Positions 21,944 through 31,363 of a stretch of DNA of 64,000 bases are shown one piece after another; position 1 is the stretch's first letter, and the number at the start of each line of letters is the position of its first letter. Under the pieces are notes generated by a model, which saw only the letters and a program-made list of their open reading frames with translations, had not been told where the DNA came from and made no database searches. A program made the translations under genes and the position numbers. The stretch comes from Longimicrobiales bacterium (GTDB lineage Bacteria > Gemmatimonadota > Gemmatimonadetes > Longimicrobiales > Gaopeijiaceae). The stretch covers positions 416,001 through 480,000 of the forward strand of contig CBDCNQ010000002.1 in the NCBI GenBank assembly GCA_965219445.1, given 5' to 3'.

Positions 21944-22671
21944 ACGATCAGGATGCGCGCTTCGTCGTGATCGTTCCCACGTATAATGAGGCGGACAACC
22001 TACCCCGTATCGTCCCTTGCATCCTCGAACAGGACCCACGGATCGATGTGCTCGTGGTGGACGATCACTCGCCCGACGGTACCGGTGATCTCGCGGACGC
22101 TCTGAGCCACGAATTCGATCGCGTGAATGTGATTCACCGATCGGGTAAACAAGGGCTTGGGAAGGCCTATATAGAGGGTTTTCTTTGGGGTTTGGAGCGG
22201 GACTACGCGCTCTTCTTCGAGATGGACGCGGATTTTTCCCATCGCCCGAGTGCTCTGCCGCGTTTCATCGACAAGGCCCGGGACTTCGAAGTCGTTCTCG
22301 GATCTCGTTACCTCGGGGGGCGTGTTACGGTGATCAATTGGCCCATGAGCCGCCTCCTCATCAGTTACTTCGGGGGCTGGTATGCCCGATTCGTGACGCG
22401 CCTTCCCGTGCGGGACGCCACCGGCGGCTTCAACTGCTGGCGTCGAGAGGTCCTGGAGGCCCTGGACTTTGAGCAAATAGAGTCCAACGGGTACACGTTC
22501 CAGATCGAGCTCAAGCTCCGGGCCTGGCGTAAGGGATTTACCCTTGCCGAGATCCCGATCGTCTTCGAGGAGCGGGAGTCGGGTGAGTCGAAAATGTCGA
22601 AAAAGATCGTCCGCGAGGCGATATGGAAGGTGTGGAAGCTGAGATTTCTCGATCTATTCGGACGCCTATAG
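21940..22671 (+). CDS. Polyprenol monophosphomannose synthase (DPM1-like GT2)
   Basis: VPTYNEADN, VDDHSPDGT, EMDADFSH, GY.FQIE, GESKMS. Confidence 0.92.
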   Translation: MNDQDARFVVIVPTYNEADNLPRIVPCILEQDPRIDVLVVDDHSPDGTGDLADALSHEFDRVNVIHRSGKQGLGKAYIEGFLWGLERDYALFFEMDADFSHRPSALPRFIDKARDFEVVLGSRYLGGRVTVINWPMSRLLISYFGGWYARFVTRLPVRDATGGFNCWRREVLEALDFEQIESNGYTFQIELKLRAWRKGFTLAEIPIVFEERESGESKMSKKIVREAIWKVWKLRFLDLFGRL

Positions 22672-22689
22672 AGGCCTGTCGAAGAAGCC

Positions 22690-22895
22690 TCTCATTGGTT
22701 GGTACGTATGAGGTCATGCCCCGTTGGGGGCGCATGAATTGGCTGAAGGTCGGCTGGGGACGGGAGCCGGTGATCATCCGGTACGGGGAGCCGATCCAGT
22801 TCGGGAGACACGATGATCGAGCAAGCCGCGAGCGAGCACGACCCAAGGCAACGGTGAGACTCGAGAACGCGTTACGGTCGGTGATGGCACAATGA
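22690..22895 (+). pseudogene. Possible C-terminal remnant of a PlsC-type acyltransferase
   Basis: GTYEVMPR....REPVIIRYGEPI resembles the end of lysophospholipid acyltransferases; no catalytic HxxxxD upstream. Confidence 0.4.
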
Positions 22896-23593
22896 CCGAG
22901 GAGAGAATTGGTCGCGAGTTCTACGATCGGGGCGAGTACTTCGAGGGAGGGACCGAACACCTCCAGGATCTCGATAGTCCTTTCCAGAGATACCGGATCG
23001 ACAAAGTGCTCCAGATCTACGAGCCCGGTCCGGAGGAGCGAGTGTTGGATCTCGGGTGTGGGTGGGGCACGTTCTGCTGGGTGCTCGGCCCGCGGGTCGC
23101 TGAGATGGTAGGGGTGGACTTCAGTCGGAAGAGCATCGAGCTGTGCGAAAATCGGCTGGCCCGCTCAGCGCTCGAAGGCGTGTCCTTCCTCTGTGCGGAT
23201 GCTCGAGACACGGGGCTGGAGGCGAAGAGCTTCGACCTCGTGATCTGTGCGGACCTCGTCGAGCACCTTTATCCGGACGACTCACGGGCCGTGATTGCTG
23301 AGGCATTCAGGGTCCTGAAGAGGGGGGGACGGCTCAGTCTATGGACTCCACATCGAGGGCATTTCTTAGAGATGCTCAAGGCGCGGAATATCCTTCTTCG
23401 GCGCGACGTGAGCCACGTGGATTACAAGTCGATGGAGCGCCTGGAGACGTTGGTAGAAAGTGAGGGATTCGATTTGGAGAGGGCGTATTACACGGAATCC
23501 CATATCGGTGGGCTGCGACGAATCGAACGAGCGTTTCAAGGATGGGTTCCGTTTCTGAGGCGCCGCATCGCCCTCCTGGCTAGGAAGCCTTGA
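22892..23593 (+). CDS. Class I SAM-dependent methyltransferase
   Basis: VLDLGCGWG, FDLVI..DLVEHL, RVLKRGG. Confidence 0.88.
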   Translation: MTEERIGREFYDRGEYFEGGTEHLQDLDSPFQRYRIDKVLQIYEPGPEERVLDLGCGWGTFCWVLGPRVAEMVGVDFSRKSIELCENRLARSALEGVSFLCADARDTGLEAKSFDLVICADLVEHLYPDDSRAVIAEAFRVLKRGGRLSLWTPHRGHFLEMLKARNILLRRDVSHVDYKSMERLETLVESEGFDLERAYYTESHIGGLRRIERAFQGWVPFLRRRIALLARKP

Positions 23594-23678
23594 TCTCCCC
23601 ATGTTGTGCTCCAGGGTCTTCCGAAGGGTCGGGGTTGGCATGGAACGCTGTGGGCGTGTGATCTCTATAGAACATGAT

Positions 23679-24245
23679 ATGAGATATGCTAAGATACGTA
23701 TACACAAGTATTTACATAGTATTGTAATCACGTTGGTCGCTGGGGCGGTCACGACGTGTGTGCCGCTGGGCCTAGGGCCATCGGGGCCCGGATTGACGTC
23801 CCCGGATGGGCTCAGATTGAACGAGATCCCGGATGCCATCCCCCAGGCAGAGTTCAAGAGCCGATTGGGCAATCCCGAGACATACGTCATCGATGGGGTC
23901 ACGTACCGGGTTTTGGACACGAGCGCGGGATACCGAGAGGAAGGCCTGGCGTCTTGGTATGGGGGGTATTTCCACGGGCGACCTACGTCCTCGGGCGATA
24001 TTTACGACATGTACCTGATGACGGCGGCCCACAGAAGTCTGCCACTTCCGACCTACGTTCGGGTCACGCATCTAGGGAACGGAAGATCTGTCGTCCTGCG
24101 GGTAAACGACCGGGGACCCTTTATAGATGATCGGATCATCGATCTGTCGTTTACCGCCGCGACAAAGCTGGGGATGGCAGAGCTGGGAACGGCCCGCGTG
24201 GAAGTGGTCGCGCTGGATCCTCCCGCGCGGGATCGGGCTCCGTAG
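23679..24245 (+). CDS. rlpA: Septal ring lytic transglycosylase RlpA-family lipoprotein
   Basis: GLASWYG..FHGR.TSSG, TAAHRSLPL, VNDRGPF, RIIDLS; start codon inferred. Confidence 0.9.
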   Translation: MRYAKIRIHKYLHSIVITLVAGAVTTCVPLGLGPSGPGLTSPDGLRLNEIPDAIPQAEFKSRLGNPETYVIDGVTYRVLDTSAGYREEGLASWYGGYFHGRPTSSGDIYDMYLMTAAHRSLPLPTYVRVTHLGNGRSVVLRVNDRGPFIDDRIIDLSFTAATKLGMAELGTARVEVVALDPPARDRAP

Positions 24246-24300
24246 GAGGGGCCGGAGGGGAGGGCCTGAGGTGGATAAAGGGTTCAGACGGGAATCACCA

Positions 24301-24328
24301 AGTTAACATAATATATATTATACGAAGT
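24301..24328 (-). other. dif site (XerC/XerD chromosome dimer resolution site)
   Basis: Minus strand ACTTCGTATAA-TATATA-TTATGTTAACT has 11-6-11 architecture; the XerD arm is 10/11 identical to E. coli TTATGTTAAAT; intergenic AT island in GC-rich DNA. Confidence 0.88.
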
Positions 24329-24455
24329 TTGTTGGAAAAACTGGATCGACAACACGGTCCATGGCCAGACGAGAGCTCAGAGTCCCCTCTGACCCTGTCA
24401 TCGCCCTGAGGGGCTAGCGACGATGATGCGAACCCTCCATCAAGTCGTCGCCAAA

Positions 24456-24713
24456 ATGCCCGTCATCAGTCGTTTCTATGGTCTTGTCGTGTTCATGAAC
24501 TACCGCGATCACGACCCCCCACACGTCCACGCCCGATGCCAAGACGCCGAAGTCGTGGTCCACATCGCGTCAGGCGACGTTGTCGGCGAGTTTCCTCATC
24601 GACCGTTGCGCTTACTCCTCGAGTGGGTTGATCTTCACCGTGGGGAGCTCGAGGTGAATTGGAACCGTGCTCGAGAGCACAGACACCTCTTGCCAGTGGA
24701 GCCTCTTTCATGA
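24456..24713 (+). CDS. DUF4160 family protein (putative toxin-antitoxin component)
   Basis: MPVISRFYG...DHDPPHVHA...LLEW..LH..EL..NW. Confidence 0.85.
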   Translation: MPVISRFYGLVVFMNYRDHDPPHVHARCQDAEVVVHIASGDVVGEFPHRPLRLLLEWVDLHRGELEVNWNRAREHRHLLPVEPLS

Positions 24714-24964
24714 TCACGAACATGCTTCTGCACGTAACAGCGGTGGAGTGCGTTGGGCCCCACACGCTCCGGGTGTGGTTCGATGATGACACCGTCAAAG
24801 ACGTCGATCTCACAGGCGAGTTGTGGGGCGAAGTTTTCGAACCGCTGAAGGACCCCGAGTTCTTCCGGCAGGCCTCGGTGAACCCCGAGACCGGCACCGT
24901 GGAATGGCCGAACGGGGCGGATCTGGCTCCTGGCTTCCTTCACGACCGGGGTGTCTCGGTTTAG
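24710..24964 (+). CDS. DUF2442 family protein (partner of DUF4160)
   Basis: L.V.FDD...VDL...LWGEVFEPL.D...F...TVEWPNGADLAP; ATGA overlap with the upstream gene. Confidence 0.85.
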   Translation: MITNMLLHVTAVECVGPHTLRVWFDDDTVKDVDLTGELWGEVFEPLKDPEFFRQASVNPETGTVEWPNGADLAPGFLHDRGVSV

Positions 24965-25128
24965 AGGATCTTGATGGCCACCCTATCCTATCCTTCGTGC
25001 GCCAAGTCGTAGCTGGTTGCGACTACCGCGGGAAACGAGCGGAGCGGCCTTCGCCCGGGCATCGACCCATTTCCGGCCGAATTCAGACGATCGGCTGGGC
25101 CATCACTTGTGGGGACCGGGCAACCTCC

Positions 25129-25824
25129 TCAGGAAACGAACCCGCGTACCTCGGAAAGGCGGAGCTCGTACAGGCCCTTCTCCGGGTCGTCGTCTTCAAA
25201 GGTCTCCAGGATTCTCTCGTAGAGCTCCGCGGCACCGGCGACATCCTGCTGACGTCTCCTGGCTCGAGCTGCGTTGCTCAGCGCCTCCCGGATCTGAAAG
25301 TCGAACTCGGCCCGATCGGCGACTTCGAGGTAGGTGTCTTCGGCTTCGGACCATCGACCTTGATGCTCGTAGGCGCGCGCCAATAGAGAGTTGGCTTGGA
25401 TTCCGATGGGATCTCTGAAGCTGAGGTCGGCGCGTTCGAGAACGCTGATCGCCACCGGGGCATCGCCCGATTCGAGGTGCAGCCGGCCGAGCAGGATCAC
25501 CGCCTCCCGAGCCTGATCCGTACCTCCGAACGACTCCAAGAACGTGCTCAACTGGGCCTTGGCGTCCTCTGTTGCGGAGATGGAGATCGTCTGGTGAATC
25601 GACTCCAGACGGTTCACGGCCTGAATCCTCAGTGACCGCTGGAAGTTCACGTAATAGATGCTACCGGCCACCAGGAGTCCCACTGCTACCCCGACGAGCG
25701 TGAGAGCTTGCCGGTGTGTCCTCGCCCACTCGGAAAAATCAATAACGCCTGCGACGAACACATCGTCTTTCTCCTGCGGTGTTTGGGGTGCACGCCGGGC
25801 CGAGGGATGCTTACGCTTGGACAT
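25129..25824 (-). CDS. Membrane-anchored tetratricopeptide repeat protein (YfgM-like)
   Basis: Single TM helix followed by TPR-like helical repeats. Confidence 0.7.
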   Translation of the reverse strand: MSKRKHPSARRAPQTPQEKDDVFVAGVIDFSEWARTHRQALTLVGVAVGLLVAGSIYYVNFQRSLRIQAVNRLESIHQTISISATEDAKAQLSTFLESFGGTDQAREAVILLGRLHLESGDAPVAISVLERADLSFRDPIGIQANSLLARAYEHQGRWSEAEDTYLEVADRAEFDFQIREALSNAARARRRQQDVAGAAELYERILETFEDDDPEKGLYELRLSEVRGFVS

Positions 25825-25892
25825 ATGACCGATTCAACTCCGTGAAGTATCCGCTAAAGTACTGAAAAACCTATCCTTAGGACTAGTGAGGG

Positions 25893-26588
25893 TCAACGGG
25901 CGGCCAGCTTCCTCTTCCGCTTTCTGGAAGCCTCGGTACCCGCCTTTCTGAGCGTCCCGGGTTTGTTGACGATGAGGCCCCGCGGCTGCTGTTTGAGCAC
26001 ACCGTCATAGATCCAGTCATTGATTGCGGTCGTCACCGTACAGCGATGAGCGCCCGCGAGGTCCGCGAGCTCTTTATGTGTAAACCAATGGTCGAGTTTG
26101 ATCCGTCGTCCGTCATCCACTCCGAAACGGTACGCGAGGTCCAGGAGTACGTCCGCAATTCGGGCCTTGGAGGAAAAGCCGGAAGACAGTGAGATGAGGC
26201 GGGCCTCCGCCAGGTCGTGGTCGTTGCTGCGCAGGAATTGCGAGAGGGTCTTGGGCGATGCCCGGAGCGCCTTGAAAACGGCAGCACCGTTCAAGGGGAT
26301 GACCGTACAGCCCGACCCCGCGATGGCCGTGTAGCGTCGAGGCACGTCGAGCGTCACGGCCTCGATACCCAGCAATTCTCGGGGTCCCGCGATTCCGACG
26401 ACGCGACCGCGCTCGGCGCCCGTCCTCGGAAGAGTCAAACAGACGTGCCCCTCCTGAATCAATAACACGAGCGCCGAGGATTCACCTTGCTGGTAGACGA
26501 CGCCCCCCTTTCGGTATGCCACGGGCGTCGCTGCCTTGATCAGGGCATTGAGCTTGCGGTCCCGCCGCGGGATCACCTGGAGAGGCAT
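25893..26588 (-). CDS. Crp/Fnr family transcriptional regulator
   Basis: cNMP-binding beta-roll and THKELADLAGAHRCTVT helix-turn-helix. Confidence 0.88.
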   Translation of the reverse strand: MPLQVIPRRDRKLNALIKAATPVAYRKGGVVYQQGESSALVLLIQEGHVCLTLPRTGAERGRVVGIAGPRELLGIEAVTLDVPRRYTAIAGSGCTVIPLNGAAVFKALRASPKTLSQFLRSNDHDLAEARLISLSSGFSSKARIADVLLDLAYRFGVDDGRRIKLDHWFTHKELADLAGAHRCTVTTAINDWIYDGVLKQQPRGLIVNKPGTLRKAGTEASRKRKRKLAAR

Positions 26589-26600
26589 GTCGGCGGCTCC

Positions 26601-27815
26601 CTAAGCATGTTCCGGCTTTCGATGGAGCCGGAGCGTGGGATGAAAGGCCAAGGCCGTTCCAATCAAGAGGAGTGGAAGCGAGGCGATCGCCCCGGGCCGG
26701 GGCCCGATAGCATCACCCAGAAAGCCGAAGCCGATCACGGCTACCGAACCCGCGGCCCACGCCAAACCCATGACGATCCCGGAGCCCACGCCCTTGCTAT
26801 CGGGCAAGATTTCTTGCGCCAGCACGATGACGGGAGGCATGAGCGCCAGGTTGAGACATCCTGCGACGGCGGCAAACAACAGCATCAACGGGGATCCGGC
26901 CGGCAGCCAGAACGCGAACAAATGAGCCGGAAGAGCCAGGGCCGTCAAGCCGGCGAGGAGATACGTGCGGTCCATGCGGTCCGTGAGTACACCCCCCACG
27001 ATGGTGCCGACGGCCTGACCGGCCAGATAGACGCTCAAGACCAGAGCGCCAGTCGCCTCGGAGACGCCGTCCTCGAAGGAGATGATCGGTGACAGGGTCA
27101 GGAACAGGCGCTGAATGAACCCGCTCAGTGCGCTGATCACGAAGATCACACCCAGTGGGCCGCGAAGAGTCCGGAGCACGTCCATGGGCGGCGAAGGAAA
27201 CGCGGCATCCGGATGGGGTCTGTCCGCCGGGAGGACCATGAAAAGCACGCCGCACACAGCGATCGCCGGTATCATGGCAATCCACATGCCCCTCAGGCCG
27301 GTCATGGATACCAGCCCGACAACGGCCAATGGTCCGACCGCGAATCCGAACAACCCACCGAAGGCGAAGATGGACATCCGCAGGCCACTCCCCTTCCCTT
27401 CCGCGGCTCCCCCCGACGCCGCGGCCCCCGGTGGATGAAACGCCGCGCTGCCCATCCCCCCAGCAATCAGAATGAGAGCCAATACCTCGACGGACGGTGC
27501 GAGTCCGATGAGCGAGAGAAAGACGCCTGAAACCAGGGGTCCACCGATCACGAAGAGTTTGCGCCCGTATCGATCGGCCAGGTACCCTGCGGCGGGCTGA
27601 AGAAGCGAGGCGGCGAGAGACCACGTCATCGCCAGACTCGCGGCTACTGCGATGGACATCCCCAGGTTCTCCATGAGCCGAGGGAGGAGCGGGCTGAGGA
27701 AGGACGAATACGCGTCGTTGATGAAGTGAGCGATGCCGACGGCGATCACGATGCGGCGGGTCCCGCCCCGGGAGACGAGGTGCGGGTCGGATCTCTCGAT
27801 GTTGGTGACGTACAT
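26601..27815 (-). CDS. MFS transporter (Fsr-like)
   Basis: HFINDAY, QP..GYLADRYG, AAFHP, about 12 TM helices. Confidence 0.88.
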   Translation of the reverse strand: MYVTNIERSDPHLVSRGGTRRIVIAVGIAHFINDAYSSFLSPLLPRLMENLGMSIAVAASLAMTWSLAASLLQPAAGYLADRYGRKLFVIGGPLVSGVFLSLIGLAPSVEVLALILIAGGMGSAAFHPPGAAASGGAAEGKGSGLRMSIFAFGGLFGFAVGPLAVVGLVSMTGLRGMWIAMIPAIAVCGVLFMVLPADRPHPDAAFPSPPMDVLRTLRGPLGVIFVISALSGFIQRLFLTLSPIISFEDGVSEATGALVLSVYLAGQAVGTIVGGVLTDRMDRTYLLAGLTALALPAHLFAFWLPAGSPLMLLFAAVAGCLNLALMPPVIVLAQEILPDSKGVGSGIVMGLAWAAGSVAVIGFGFLGDAIGPRPGAIASLPLLLIGTALAFHPTLRLHRKPEHA

Positions 27816-27993
27816 GTCGGGAGGTTACACGGCTCGGTGTAGGAGCGCTACCTGGCTCACGGACTTGGGGACTGGCCTGGCAGGCGAGCCTGGTCACCCC
27901 TATGGTTGGGCCCGGAATCGGGGGAGCCCCTGGCGCGACGAGTTCACCGAGGGGGGCGCGTGCCCTCGCGGCCAGGACGTACGGGAGAGGATC

Positions 27994-28362
27994 ATGGAGC
28001 GATTTTTTGCGGTCGCTGGTGCCGTTGCGGCGATGATCGCGGTAATTCTGGGGGCGTTCGGCGCCCACGGGCTGCGAGGCCGGTTGAGCCCCGCAGATCT
28101 GGAAATATTCGAGACGGGCGTGCGATATCACATGTACCACGCACTCGGACTCTTCGCCGTGGCGTGGGCCGCCTCTCGGTGGCCGTCGGGGGCGACAACG
28201 CTCGCGGGATGGTTGCTGATCGTCGGGATCGTCGTTTTCTCGGGAAGCTTGTACACGCTGGTGCTCACGGGGCAGCGCTGGCTCGGAGCCGTCACACCGG
28301 TGGGAGGACTCGCCCTGGCAGCGGGCTGGGCTGCTCTGGCCTGGGCTGCGCTGCGCAGCTGA
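27994..28362 (+). CDS. DUF423 (YgdD/TMEM256-like) membrane protein
   Basis: LGAFGAHGL, RYHMYHA, FSGSLY, GAVTPVGG. Confidence 0.9.
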   Translation: MERFFAVAGAVAAMIAVILGAFGAHGLRGRLSPADLEIFETGVRYHMYHALGLFAVAWAASRWPSGATTLAGWLLIVGIVVFSGSLYTLVLTGQRWLGAVTPVGGLALAAGWAALAWAALRS

Positions 28363-28364
28363 CA

Positions 28365-29153
28365 ATGGATCAGGCGCGCCGGCTGATGGACTCGGCCCGC
28401 CGGATCCTGGTCCTCACCGGCGCGGGAGTGAGCGCCGAGTCGGGGGTTCCAACGTTTCGGGGCCGGGACGGCCTTTGGGGGAAGCACAGGCCGGAGGAAC
28501 TGGCGACCCCTCAAGCCTTTGCGGCCGATCCGAGGCTCGTGTGGGAGTGGTACGGATGGCGGAGAGAGCTCGTGGGGGCCTGCCGCCCCAACCCAGCGCA
28601 CGCGGCGATCGCCCGCCTGACCCTCAGGAACGAAGATGCTCGACTGGTGACCCAAAACGTGGACGGTTTCCACGAACTGGCCCTCGAAGAGGCTGCATCC
28701 GAATGGCATTCCCCAACAGACTCAGTCGCTCGAGCCGAGCCGATTCGTCTCCACGGCTCCCTGTTTCACACGCGCTGCACGGGATGTGACGATCGGACCT
28801 CGGATCGCCATCGGGTCGACACCGAGAGCGAAGCATCGTTGCCACGGTGTAAGAAGTGCGCGGCACTTCTGCGGCCGGACGTCGTCTGGTTTGGAGAGGG
28901 GCTCGATCCCGAGGTCCTAGGCAATGCGACGGATTCGGCGGAGAGCGCGGACGTTTGCTTGGTCGTGGGCACCAGCGGGATCGTACACCCTGCCGCCTCC
29001 CTGCCGCTCCTGACGAAAGAATCGGGGGGCGTGGTCGTGGAGGTGAACCCGGAGCCGACCCCATTGACCGAAATCGCCACCTCGAGCATTCGAGGCCGAG
29101 CCGGGCAGATTCTGCCAAGACTGCTCAGGATCGAGCCGGAACCTAAATGTTGA
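28365..29153 (+). CDS. cobB: NAD-dependent protein deacylase (sirtuin)
   Basis: TGAGVSAESGVPTFRG, TQNVDGFH, LHGS, RPDVVWFGE, VVGTS. Confidence 0.93.
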   Translation: MDQARRLMDSARRILVLTGAGVSAESGVPTFRGRDGLWGKHRPEELATPQAFAADPRLVWEWYGWRRELVGACRPNPAHAAIARLTLRNEDARLVTQNVDGFHELALEEAASEWHSPTDSVARAEPIRLHGSLFHTRCTGCDDRTSDRHRVDTESEASLPRCKKCAALLRPDVVWFGEGLDPEVLGNATDSAESADVCLVVGTSGIVHPAASLPLLTKESGGVVVEVNPEPTPLTEIATSSIRGRAGQILPRLLRIEPEPKC

Positions 29154-29258
29154 CTCGCGTCTTCATACGGATGCATCGTTATAGATCGCCTCCGTCCCCG
29201 GTTTCGGTGGTGATCCCGAACGCGGATGCGGTTCGGAATTCAGCGTTGGGGTTGGTAG

Positions 29259-31325
29259 ATGGTGCAGAAAATCAGGCGTATGGGCAGGCTCGCCCGTTCG
29301 ATCGTCTTCCTCTCCTGCAGCTATGTAGCGGCGTGCGGTGATCCCGTGGCGAACACGCCTGATCCGCCTCACATCACGGGTGTGTCCCCGAGTCCGATGG
29401 TGGAGGGCCAGACCGCCACACTGACGGGAACCAACTTCTCGGCGAATACGGTTTCGAACACCGTCACGATCGATAATGTGACCCTGGCGGTGACCGCCGC
29501 TTCCGAGACCTCCCTCACCGTCACCATACCAGAGGGGTGCGGCCCGCTCCGTATCGCGAGTCTTCAGGTGACGATTGGGGGCATGGCCGGTAATGCCTTT
29601 AATGCTGCAGTAGCGCCGGATCCGGGTGCGGACATCCGAGACGTCTCGCTCGCTGTGGGTGAGCAAGTCGTCTACCGTCAGCCGAGGCACTGCTTTGGCC
29701 TTCCCACCAATGGTGGGACGGCACAATACCTTGTCGGTGTCCAGTCCACGGGTCGGAACGGCAGCGTTACGAGGCAGGTTGTCGTGGGGGGGAGCGCTGT
29801 CGGGGCTGCACTCGCCGGGCCGGCAACGCACGTAGCCGCTGCCCTAACGGCCCCAAACGTCCCCCCTCGGCGTAGCCCGCTATGGGGGAATCTAGGGTCA
29901 AGCCCGGTCTCCCGGCTGATCCAGGGCCACCGGAAGGGGCACAACGCCCTCATGGCCGATCTCGTTCGGCCAGTACGGAGTCCCGCAGTCCGCTCTGCAG
30001 CGCTTTCTCCGCAGCGGGCCCCTGCTCGTGTCGTTGTGGACGGAACCGAGAATGTCGGGGACCAGCTGGATCTTCGCGTGCGCGGGCTCAGCGGCGATTG
30101 CTCGGCTGAGAACACTACGACCGTTACCGCGGAATTGAGAGTCAAAACGCCTGGATCCATGTGGTGGGTCGATGTGAGCAACCCCGCCAGCGGACTCACG
30201 GACACCGACCTACAGGACATGGGCACACTCTTCGACGACTTCATCTTGGCCGCTGAGGTCGCCGAATTCGGGGCTGTGGGGGACCTCGATGGGAACGGGC
30301 GTGTGGCCATTCTCCTTACGCAAGAGGTGAATGCGGACACGACCGCCGGAGGACAAACGCTCGGCTTCGTAAATCCCTGCGATTTAGTTCTCAGGGACGA
30401 GCCAGCGGGGCTGTTCGCCAGCAACGAGGGCGAGTTCTTCTACGCGATAGCGCCCGATCCCACCGGCGCCGTGGGTGTCACACTGACCGCGACGGATTTG
30501 TTGGACATCCTACCGATCATCGTTGCCCATGAGTTCGCGCACATCATTCAATTCAGTCGTAGGATCGCTTCGCCCACCGCTCTGGACCTCATGGCTCCGT
30601 TTATGATGGAGGGACAGGCGACGCTCGCCGAAGAGATCGTCGGCCATGCGGTGAACGGGAACACCCCTGGGCAAAATTTCGATGAGGCGGTGGCGTACAA
30701 TACGGGCAGCACGCAAGTGCATACTTTGTATGCCGCCCCGTTCTCGGATCTCGTGTTCTACTACGGCTGGCCGGGGTCACAGGACACTCCCAGGGTCGAC
30801 GGTACGCCGCACGAGTGTACGTGGATCGAGGCTGAGGTGGAGCACCCGTGTGGTGGCCGTCCGCTGTGGTATGGTGTGACTTGGTCGTTCCTCCGTTGGG
30901 CCTCGGATCTGTACGGTCCTGCGCTCGGTGGGGAGGCCGCTTTCCAGACGGCGTTGATCGACGGCGATCTGTCCGGTTTTGACAACCTAGAACAGGCCCT
31001 GGCCGGCCAAGGGACGCTCGAAGATCATCTCGCCCGATGGGCCGCCATGTTGTACATGGATGGTCGCCCCGGGGCGAGCCCTGAGAACTCCATGTCCAGT
31101 TGGGACATGCTCAGCTTCGCGCTGGGCCTCGCGGACACGGCGTGGCTGCACCCCGTCGAACACCCGTTCGCCGATTTTTCCGAGACCGTGACCCTCCGCG
31201 ACCCTTCGACGGCGTATTTCCTCGTCGGCGGATCCGGCGCGTCGTCGCACACCCTGCGGGTCAGCGGCCCGTCAGGTGGCGACCTGGGGTCGGACGTTCA
31301 GGTCTGGTTGGTGCGAACTCAGTAG
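29259..31325 (+). CDS. Lipoprotein with IPT/TIG domain and HExxH zinc metallopeptidase domain
   Basis: Lipobox VAAC, ITGVSP...LTGTNF, DLDGNGRV.IL, AHEFAH..Q, EGQA. Confidence 0.75.
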   Translation: MVQKIRRMGRLARSIVFLSCSYVAACGDPVANTPDPPHITGVSPSPMVEGQTATLTGTNFSANTVSNTVTIDNVTLAVTAASETSLTVTIPEGCGPLRIASLQVTIGGMAGNAFNAAVAPDPGADIRDVSLAVGEQVVYRQPRHCFGLPTNGGTAQYLVGVQSTGRNGSVTRQVVVGGSAVGAALAGPATHVAAALTAPNVPPRRSPLWGNLGSSPVSRLIQGHRKGHNALMADLVRPVRSPAVRSAALSPQRAPARVVVDGTENVGDQLDLRVRGLSGDCSAENTTTVTAELRVKTPGSMWWVDVSNPASGLTDTDLQDMGTLFDDFILAAEVAEFGAVGDLDGNGRVAILLTQEVNADTTAGGQTLGFVNPCDLVLRDEPAGLFASNEGEFFYAIAPDPTGAVGVTLTATDLLDILPIIVAHEFAHIIQFSRRIASPTALDLMAPFMMEGQATLAEEIVGHAVNGNTPGQNFDEAVAYNTGSTQVHTLYAAPFSDLVFYYGWPGSQDTPRVDGTPHECTWIEAEVEHPCGGRPLWYGVTWSFLRWASDLYGPALGGEAAFQTALIDGDLSGFDNLEQALAGQGTLEDHLARWAAMLYMDGRPGASPENSMSSWDMLSFALGLADTAWLHPVEHPFADFSETVTLRDPSTAYFLVGGSGASSHTLRVSGPSGGDLGSDVQVWLVRTQ

Positions 31326-31363
31326 CTCACCTCTTGCGGGACACTACACTGGGCCGGGCCGGA

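Noticed and set aside
23655..23735. AT-rich patch as a second dif site or an origin
   Set aside because: No Xer arms or DnaA boxes were seen; it overlaps the likely rlpA promoter and signal-peptide codons.
24301..24330. loxP-like half site TATACGAAGTT suggesting an engineered or phage lox site
   Set aside because: Only one arm resembles loxP; the 6-bp spacer and XerD-type second arm identify it as dif.
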